33,760 nt of DNA, taken from contig PSLI01000024.1 in assembly GCA_040289515.1 (NCBI GenBank), positions 1 to 33,760 on the forward strand, written 5' to 3'. Position 1 is the first letter of the stretch; each line of letters opens with the position of its first letter. The notes beneath the pieces were generated by a model. It was not told where the DNA came from. It made no database searches and worked only from the letters and a program-made list of their open reading frames with translations. Positions 32,488 to 33,760 of the stretch are shown piece after piece. Source of the stretch: Candidatus Sysuimicrobiota bacterium (lineage in GTDB: Bacteria > Sysuimicrobiota > Sysuimicrobiia > Sysuimicrobiales > Sysuimicrobiaceae). The translations under genes and the position numbers were made by a program.

Positions 32488-33446
32488 CCCTGTTCCTCAC
32501 GGAGGCTGAGGTGGCGTCCCTGGTATCCGTGCGAGAGCTGGTGGATGCCCTCGAGCAGGCGTTCCGCGACAAGGCCGCGGGGCGGGCCGCCAACGTCCCG
32601 AGGGGCCGGGCGGTACTGCCCAGTGGCACGGTGCTGCACACCATGTCCGCGTCCTGGGCCGCGGGCGGGGTGCTGGGAGTGAAGGCTTACACCACCTCCC
32701 GCGAGGGGAACCGGTTCGTGGTGCTGCTGTACGACAAGGCGGGCCGCTTGCTGGCCCTCTTGCAGGCGGACACCCTGGGCCAGCGTCGTACCGGGGCGGC
32801 CACCGGCCTAGCTACTCGGCACCTAGCACGGGAGGACGCCGGCACGGTGGCGGTGATCGGTGCGGGGTGGCAGGCACGGTCCCAGCTGGAGGCGGTGTGC
32901 GCGGTGCGGCCCATCCAGCGGGCGTGGGTGTTTAGCCGCACCCCGCAGCGCCGCCAGGCGTTCGCACAGGAAATGAGCCGCACCTTGCAGCTGCCTGTGG
33001 TGGCGGTGGACTCCGCGGAGGAGGCTGTGCGGGGCGCGGACGTGGTGTGCGCCATCACTACCTCCCGCGACCCGGTGCTGCTGGGCCGGTGGCTGGAGCC
33101 GGGGGTGCACGTGAACGCGGCTGGCTCCAACTGGGCTCACCGTCGTGAGCTGGACGCGGAGGCCGTGGCGCGGGCGGACCGGGTGGTGGTGGACGACCTG
33201 GCGCAGGCCCGGGTGGAGTGCGGGGACCTCATCCAGGCCGCGGCGGACGGTGCCTTCCAGTGGGAGCGGGCGGTGGAGCTGGCGGAGGTGGTGGCGGGCA
33301 ACGCGCCGGGGCGCGAGTCCTTCCGAGAGGTCACCCTGTTCTGCTCCCAGGGCATCGCCCTGGAAGACGTGGTGGCGGCGCGCCTCGTGTATCAGCGGGC
33401 CCGGGCCCGCGGGGTTGGCCGGGAGCTGGATCTGGGGCTGGATTGA
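32484..33446 (+). CDS. ornithine cyclodeaminase / mu-crystallin family protein
   Basis: LFLTEAEV, RRTGAA, IGAGWQARSQL, GVHVNAAGS, RRELD, SQGIALED; real start ATG 32484 inside track ORF 31674..33446. Confidence 0.93.
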   Translation: MTLFLTEAEVASLVSVRELVDALEQAFRDKAAGRAANVPRGRAVLPSGTVLHTMSASWAAGGVLGVKAYTTSREGNRFVVLLYDKAGRLLALLQADTLGQRRTGAATGLATRHLAREDAGTVAVIGAGWQARSQLEAVCAVRPIQRAWVFSRTPQRRQAFAQEMSRTLQLPVVAVDSAEEAVRGADVVCAITTSRDPVLLGRWLEPGVHVNAAGSNWAHRRELDAEAVARADRVVVDDLAQARVECGDLIQAAADGAFQWERAVELAEVVAGNAPGRESFREVTLFCSQGIALEDVVAARLVYQRARARGVGRELDLGLD

Positions 33447-33475
33447 AGCCCCTCCAAGCCGAGGAGGCGGCAGTG

Positions 33476-33760
33476 GTGAAGGTGGTGGTTTCCGACCAGC
33501 CGTGGAGCCGACTGCAATGTGACGTGCTGGCCGTTCCGGTACGAGCGGGGCGGCCGCTGGAAGGGTTGGAGGCCTTTGACGAAGCTTTGGGCGGGTGGCT
33601 GCGGGAAGCGGTGGATCTCGACCGGTTCGAGGGTAAGCAAGACGCGCTGCTACAGGTGTTGACCCACGGCCGCCTGCCAGCCCCGCGGGTGCTGCTGGTC
33701 GGCACGGGCTCATCCGGGGACGTCACGGAAGCTGCCCGTCGCGCGGCTGCCGCCGCCGCC
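33476..33760 (+). CDS. pepA: probable M17 leucyl aminopeptidase, N-terminal domain (runs off the window)
   Basis: GAGGAGG RBS then MKVVVSDQPWSRLQCDVLAVPV...FDEALGGWL...RFEGK...THGRLPAPRVLLVGTG, typical M17 N-domain pattern; catalytic domain not visible. Confidence 0.7.
   Translation, partial: MKVVVSDQPWSRLQCDVLAVPVRAGRPLEGLEAFDEALGGWLREAVDLDRFEGKQDALLQVLTHGRLPAPRVLLVGTGSSGDVTEAARRAAAAAA

Noticed and set aside
31674..33446. Apparent 590-aa OCD fusion
   Set aside because: First 270 codons are an off-frame reading of the hypothetical gene; start is 32484

Overview
GC-rich bacterial chromosomal window of mostly housekeeping genes. No mobile element, CRISPR array, rRNA or tRNA is detectable. The minus strand carries: (i) glyQ-glyS-dgt-hppA-dnaG-rpoD-ahcY-metK, headed by a glycine T-box, with mgtE-recO-small membrane gene upstream; (ii) ddl-dapF-like-HAD-apgM-plsC-like-ppdK-sfsA; (iii) M20 peptidase, nadE, double hot-dog thioesterase, COG2426 protein, a rhomboid-like gene and an HtrA-like protease. 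The plus strand carries a RibD-C reductase and an M42 peptidase/hypothetical/ornithine-cyclodeaminase-family/M17 peptidase run. Most notable: a DapF homologue with both catalytic Cys replaced by Ser, translationally coupled to ddl; a structured mgtE leader with a 24-codon uORF; an apparently catalytically dead rhomboid; a membrane pyrophosphatase inside the dnaG-rpoD operon; and three decayed gene remnants in intergenic gaps (GGDEF, response-regulator receiver, NHL-like repeat). Many start codons were moved from the ORF track using RBS position and family N-termini. All calls come from motif recognition, not database searches.
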